This document shows, piece by piece, positions 59,254-64,000 of a stretch of 64,000 bases of DNA. Made by a program: the position numbers and the translations under genes. Under the pieces are notes generated by a model. That model was not told the origin of the DNA and ran no database searches. It worked only from the letters and a program-made list of their open reading frames with translations. Source of the DNA: a virus; IMG/VR virus record IMGVR_UViG_3300007734_000758, one strand, 5' to 3'. Each line of letters begins with the position of its first letter. The stretch's first letter is position 1.

Positions 59254-59934
59254 TTATATAGTTGGAATTAGTTTGTATGATTGTTCTCCGAACAAAATCA
59301 TCGATCTTGTATCTGCCTGTTTAAATGCATCAATCTTATTTTTTCTTGCAAGATCATTATAACGTACTATGGTAGGAATGCAGGCTAACCATTCACTCGA
59401 GTGCATTATCGATTCTACACATCTCGTAGCCTGCAGCATTTCTTCAATAGAATCATAATCCCATTCAATATGAACAATAGGTTCTACTCGATTGTTGTTA
59501 TAGAAATCTATACATAGATCCAAACCACATTTAAAGTTTACAGATAATATTCTGAATAATTCCGGACGTCGTTGTGCATATGAACTTAATTGCTCTCTAG
59601 CAGCACCTACTATAGTAAACTTAAATACGAAGTGACTATGATCTAATACCAAAGAACTATTATCCTTATTTAACTGCTCGAACCAAGTATACAGCATCGC
59701 ATTTGTACCTGCAGTCTGACCACCATCTTTATACCAAGTATTGTCTTTATTTAATTGTATACCGTTATGTAGGTAGTAGGCCTGTTCTATCTCATTCAAA
59801 TCAAATCCCTCATGGTCAATGTGACAGGCACCGTTAAGTAACAATTCTTCAGCAATATCATCAGGTAATGGATTACATACTACCTGGGTTTCTATTGTCG
59901 GCAATATATTACACTGATAATCGAATGATACCAT
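59254..59934 (-). CDS. hypothetical protein
   Basis: Coupled ORF. Confidence 0.7.
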   Translation of the reverse strand: MVSFDYQCNILPTIETQVVCNPLPDDIAEELLLNGACHIDHEGFDLNEIEQAYYLHNGIQLNKDNTWYKDGGQTAGTNAMLYTWFEQLNKDNSSLVLDHSHFVFKFTIVGAAREQLSSYAQRRPELFRILSVNFKCGLDLCIDFYNNNRVEPIVHIEWDYDSIEEMLQATRCVESIMHSSEWLACIPTIVRYNDLARKNKIDAFKQADTRSMILFGEQSYKLIPTI

Positions 59935-60329
59935 TATACCATTATTTTTATCATTTTTATAAAATTCGTTTTACTATCAGAAAAGTCCGGATCCTTATCA
60001 TCGAAGTATTTAGTTTCAAACGTTCCTCCAGTCTTTTCAATCAAACAAACCGTAGCATCAAATTGTTCCAATCCATTGAGCATATATATGATACCAAAGT
60101 AAGCATATTTATCAGTTACTCTCGCCATATAACTAGCATCGGAAATAATTTGACTCATTTGACCTAAATCAGTTAATGGTGCAATAAACACATATTCTTT
60201 GTCTTTTAATCCTAAGTATTTAAACATAGGTTTACAATTGAATTGTGTATAGAATTCATTGAAAAATGGCATTGCCATTACTGAAGGATCTAGATGATCT
60301 TCTTTAAGGATTGATTTTAACTTTATCAT
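59934..60329 (-). CDS. protein with leader MIKLKSILKE
   Basis: Leader shared with the ART gene. Confidence 0.72.
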   Translation of the reverse strand: MIKLKSILKEDHLDPSVMAMPFFNEFYTQFNCKPMFKYLGLKDKEYVFIAPLTDLGQMSQIISDASYMARVTDKYAYFGIIYMLNGLEQFDATVCLIEKTGGTFETKYFDDKDPDFSDSKTNFIKMIKIMV

Positions 60330-61897
60330 TTTCCGGGTTTATTTTGTAATTTCTTATTGGCTAAGATTTCAGATATACGTTCCATATCTGGAACGTTATA
60401 TGGTTTATCAGTTAATGCATTAATCAAAGTCAAATTAACCTTTTTATCAGATAAACGACGGGCTACTGCATTTAAGTTTTTCACACTGTCATCCATGAAT
60501 TTTATATTCTGATATCCATTGTTTACTTGCGTTTCAATCCAATCTGCTTTTACTTCAGGGTCGCTACTGCCTACTGCAATAACATAGGCATTAATGCCAT
60601 AATTATCACGTAAATGCTTCATTATTGGAAATGCAACGCGTCTTGCAGTTAAAATCGTAGTTTTAATAGATGGATTGCGTAATGACCGTTTAATTTGGTC
60701 TATGTTACGGCTAATAGGCAATGAATTGTGAATGATTTTATCAAAATTGGAAAAATCATAACGTTCTCCAGGTTTCAATCTATATGTAGCAAAAGTATCA
60801 CTTTTCAATTCATATTTCGAACCATCCGGACGTTTTACAATTACAGTTGCATTTGTCTTTACCAATGTATCATCAAAGTCATATACATGTAATGTTTTTC
60901 CATGGGCTTCGGAAACGCCCGTTTTCACTTTGATTGGATTACGTACACCTAACTTTTCAATAACCCGTATAGCCTTATCTATATCAGCAGGATTACTAGG
61001 TGTATATTCTCTTAGTGCGATTTCTTTTTTAATTCCCGTTTTCACGAGATTAACTTTAATTTTATCTTTACCTATTGCCCATGCAGCAGTAAGTCTATGA
61101 TGACCATCGTATATAGCCATCTCACCGTCTGGGAACTGAACTACGTTTATTGTAGCCGTATCATCAAAACTCGTTATTGTTTGTTTAACTTTGTTGCTTT
61201 GTATGTTTGGTTGAGTTATATGAACATCGTTAACAGATACAAATTCAATATTATTTTTGGCTTTATTTTTTTCAAATGCCTCTATAACTTCACTGTAAGA
61301 ATGTTTACTTTTATTAAAAATTCCATCTATTCTCTTTGCATCGTTAAATATTTTGCCGTGTGGCAGTCTATCAATTTTATCATAAGCTGTATTAACGCTT
61401 ATACTTTCTTTAACTCCTGTTTTAACTTTAATAGGTTTTTGTCCTTTACTACGTTCTCCACCTTTTTTAGCATCGCCCCCCTTTTTCTGAGCAGCTCTTT
61501 TTCTTTTTACAAATGCTGCTCTACCTGCTTTCCCTAACTTACGAGCCTTTTCTTTTGATAAACAAGCTGCATACGCGTCACCTTCTTTTGCATCACCACA
61601 CTTGCCAACACGATCACCACTCGTATTATAGCGATCCCAACCGCCCCCGCCAACACCGCCCTTCTTCCCTTTACCGAACCAAGCACGCAAGTCTTCTTTT
61701 AGTTTACCGGTTAAGAGTTTAGCACCGAATACGGTTTTAGGTAAATCTTCTGGATATACCATCATGTCATCGCCCTGTTGTGCCAAATATTTACGAAGCT
61801 TTTCTAACTTCTTCATATGACGTTCCGTTTCGGCCTGGTTCATAGTAGCACCCTGCTCCCGAACTAACCGATTATATATATCCATCAATTTAATCAC
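60326..61897 (-). CDS. multidomain protein: leader + basic Cys domain + ParB/Srx-like domain + HAD-like phosphatase
   Basis: IYDGHHRL; LHVYDFDDTL, ILTAR, K, FMDDS..N; repeated PIKVKTGVxE linkers. Confidence 0.78.
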   Translation of the reverse strand: MIKLMDIYNRLVREQGATMNQAETERHMKKLEKLRKYLAQQGDDMMVYPEDLPKTVFGAKLLTGKLKEDLRAWFGKGKKGGVGGGGWDRYNTSGDRVGKCGDAKEGDAYAACLSKEKARKLGKAGRAAFVKRKRAAQKKGGDAKKGGERSKGQKPIKVKTGVKESISVNTAYDKIDRLPHGKIFNDAKRIDGIFNKSKHSYSEVIEAFEKNKAKNNIEFVSVNDVHITQPNIQSNKVKQTITSFDDTATINVVQFPDGEMAIYDGHHRLTAAWAIGKDKIKVNLVKTGIKKEIALREYTPSNPADIDKAIRVIEKLGVRNPIKVKTGVSEAHGKTLHVYDFDDTLVKTNATVIVKRPDGSKYELKSDTFATYRLKPGERYDFSNFDKIIHNSLPISRNIDQIKRSLRNPSIKTTILTARRVAFPIMKHLRDNYGINAYVIAVGSSDPEVKADWIETQVNNGYQNIKFMDDSVKNLNAVARRLSDKKVNLTLINALTDKPYNVPDMERISEILANKKLQNKPGK

Positions 61898-62634
61898 ACT
61901 AAATCCGATTCTTTGAGTAATGTATAGGTAAATTTATTGTTTACGGTCGCTTTATAGAATTCACAGATATCCAACACAACTCCTAAATTTTTGGCGGTAG
62001 GAAATACCTGGCATCCAGCACTCCACTTATCAATTGAAATGCTTTCGCCATCTGCCTTGGCTCTGTGAATATTGATACCGAAAAAACCAAACTCAGTCTT
62101 TCCCGTTTCTTCAGCAAACGTATCTTTATCAGCATCACGATATACAGTAACCATGTTGCCGGTCTGAACCAATGCTGGATGGCTGTTATCGCGTTTATGA
62201 AAACCTAATTGATATGCATCTTTATACTGTCCGGGCTTAAGTACTGCGGTGCCTAATGATGACATTGGATTCTTCAACCAATAGACTCCCGGATCCGTAG
62301 TGATTGTGAATACTTTTATTGCAGGTTTTCCTATCGCGTTCCGATGTTGTGCAGCTGCGTATAATGTTTTACTCCCAATCTTTCCATCAACCTTTAGTTC
62401 ATTACCGTTAGCATCACGGAAGCCAAATACATTTAGAAATTTTTGTTGAACATCGGGCCTGGTAGAGAATGAGGTAGGCATCGCAGGTACTATATATGCG
62501 ATTGCAAATAAATCGTTGAATACGTTTGGTACATCTAATTTAGTACGTATACCTATTAGATTTGGTCGATCTTCGTACCAAACGTATCCTTTCGATTCTA
62601 TCGTTTTCTTTAGTAAGTCATAAGTAACTGTCAT
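61894..62634 (-). CDS. cell-wall enzyme: YkuD/L,D-transpeptidase-like catalytic motif with inserted peptidoglycan-binding motif
   Basis: GINIH...WSAGCQV; Q.FLN..G...L.VDG.IG..T; late motif at 62649-62657. Confidence 0.65.
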   Translation of the reverse strand: MTVTYDLLKKTIESKGYVWYEDRPNLIGIRTKLDVPNVFNDLFAIAYIVPAMPTSFSTRPDVQQKFLNVFGFRDANGNELKVDGKIGSKTLYAAAQHRNAIGKPAIKVFTITTDPGVYWLKNPMSSLGTAVLKPGQYKDAYQLGFHKRDNSHPALVQTGNMVTVYRDADKDTFAEETGKTEFGFFGINIHRAKADGESISIDKWSAGCQVFPTAKNLGVVLDICEFYKATVNNKFTYTLLKESDLV

Positions 62635-62668
62635 AGTGTTCTATTTATAATAAATATAAACGAACACT

Positions 62669-64000
62669 TTATTTGATTTCGCAAGCACCACCGGCGCAGG
62701 CTAATTCACCAGATAAATCTGTGTTATCATCTAACTCAATTACATGACGCAGATCTACTTCTGTTAACGATTTCATTAATTCGTGGTATCGTTCTTCTGT
62801 AATATCCTCAAACGGACTTTGTATATATGTATGATCCGAATACGGAAGTACTGATAGACCGCTATATGCATCACGATTTTCCCACATCCACTCACCCACA
62901 GGTTCCCATTCTTCTGGTTTAAGTGATACCGTTGCTGATATATTGTGCATATTAGATCCGGTACGGTGACCTGGTTCGATCCACTCTTTACGTACACGCT
63001 TAACACGTTCTAACAATTCTAAAGCAGACTCAGTACGTAAAATAGATCCGGTCGGCGCTTTTTGTGGTATTCCAATGACTGCGGTATCGTGCGGTCGGAA
63101 ATATTCATCCTCAACCAATGCAGGATGATTTAGTGCTAAATAAGAATAGATTGCTTCATTCTTTCCTACACGGATTCGACGAATATAGTAATCATTATGC
63201 CATGCATGAATACCGGATGAAGTACCTAATACCAATGAACTAGTACCGGATGGCTTTACCGTTGTGGTACGTGCTGCTTTATTAATTCCTAAAATTTCCG
63301 CTACGCGAGCATTTTCTTCTTTAACTAATTTAGCTGCTTGTTTAATATCATAATCAAATACTTTGTTTGAACCGATACCTGTCATACCTACTCCAATAAG
63401 AGCTTCTTTCTCCGTAGTACGTCTCCATACATCTCTTAAATAATGAAAGTCAGTATAACCTGCTTGCAATGTTCCAATGAACGCAGCACCTTTAACTCTT
63501 TGATTAAAGTCTTCTTGCGATTCAATATCGCTTACATTTACTTCACAAAGGTTACAGAATTGATATGGTCTTAATGCAATCTCCGCACAAGGATTAGTTC
63601 CCCAATCTTTATCGTTAGTAAAGAAGATACCTGGCTCTCCTGCTCCTGAAGCTTCAATACGTTTCCATAAGTCCATAAAATATTCTTTAGTTACTTTATG
63701 TCTTACAAGTGCTGCTGAGTTATTTGCACGACCACGCTGCGGGTTGAGTTCCCACCATGCGCCCGACTTACAAGCAATCATTTCATCGTCATCAGCACTG
63801 AATAAAGAAATAAGTGCAGCACGACGAATACCACCTGCCAATACAGCATCTGCAATATGGCATACAATATCATGAACTTCTATCGGACTTAATTTATCGC
63901 CGTTATGTTTTGAATCTAGGATTCCTTCAATCTTAATTAAGCACTCTTTAAGCGGTTGAGGTCCTGGTGCCTTACCACCTGAAGTTACTAACCGTGCTCC
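62669..64000 (-). CDS. nrdJ: class II (B12-dependent) ribonucleotide reductase, 5' end outside window
   Basis: Frame open to the window edge (TSGGKAPGP..); GG.RRAA, NPCAEI, CNL.E, KPSGT, C-terminal CAGGAC. Confidence 0.92.
   Translation of the reverse strand, partial: GARLVTSGGKAPGPQPLKECLIKIEGILDSKHNGDKLSPIEVHDIVCHIADAVLAGGIRRAALISLFSADDDEMIACKSGAWWELNPQRGRANNSAALVRHKVTKEYFMDLWKRIEASGAGEPGIFFTNDKDWGTNPCAEIALRPYQFCNLCEVNVSDIESQEDFNQRVKGAAFIGTLQAGYTDFHYLRDVWRRTTEKEALIGVGMTGIGSNKVFDYDIKQAAKLVKEENARVAEILGINKAARTTTVKPSGTSSLVLGTSSGIHAWHNDYYIRRIRVGKNEAIYSYLALNHPALVEDEYFRPHDTAVIGIPQKAPTGSILRTESALELLERVKRVRKEWIEPGHRTGSNMHNISATVSLKPEEWEPVGEWMWENRDAYSGLSVLPYSDHTYIQSPFEDITEERYHELMKSLTEVDLRHVIELDDNTDLSGELACAGGACEIK

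Noticed and set aside
152-63006. Numerous + strand ORFs and nested alternative-frame ORFs in the track (e.g. 42698..43246, 7133..7537, 3180..3428)
   Set aside because: They overlap well-supported minus-strand genes, carry no motifs and have shadow-like composition.
1-64000. Stop-codon reassignment, as in some large Bacteroidetes phages
   Set aside because: Standard-code ORFs are full length and densely packed; TAA, TGA and TAG (e.g. 8076, 53225) all end genes.
1-64000. tRNA or rRNA genes
   Set aside because: No cloverleaf, T-loop context or rRNA-like sequence recognised in the intergenic gaps by eye; tRNAscan was not run.

Overview
This 64-kb window is an AT-rich piece of a large T4-like dsDNA phage genome. 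Essentially all credible genes lie on the minus strand; most + strand ORFs in the track look like shadows. The host is probably a Bacteroidetes: promoters read TTG-N20-TAnnTTTA, no obvious Shine-Dalgarno sites are seen, and there is a DUF2452-like gene and a lipoprotein. In coordinate order it holds: (i) a repeat-rich non-coding block and small early-gene cassettes with a MoxR AAA ATPase (1-5.9 kb); (ii) a mixed region with QueD, a DpdL-like QueD paralogue, an HNH-like gene, ClpS and a fused SOD (5.9-14 kb); (iii) a ~25-kb island of glycosyltransferases and NDP-deoxysugar enzymes (14-39 kb); (iv) a replication core (exonuclease, clamp loader, clamp, family-B polymerase) that encloses a TGT/DpdA-like transglycosylase, a glycosyltransferase and two oxidoreductases, with FolE and HPRT next to the polymerase (39-51 kb); (v) ClpP, GroES, ThyA, an ADP-ribosyltransferase, QueE, Hsp20, dUTPase, late genes, a cell-wall enzyme and a class II RNR (51-64 kb). 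Two candidates stand out as possibly undescribed systems. The first is a replisome-tethered DNA hypermodification module, in which the transglycosylase ends in the same FFDF clamp-binding-like tail as the polymerase. The second is a late-promoter-driven set of cargo proteins sharing a short basic-helix leader ending [ILV]-x-E, which looks like a capsid-packaging and protease-cleavage signal. All calls come from motif recognition by eye; no searches were run.
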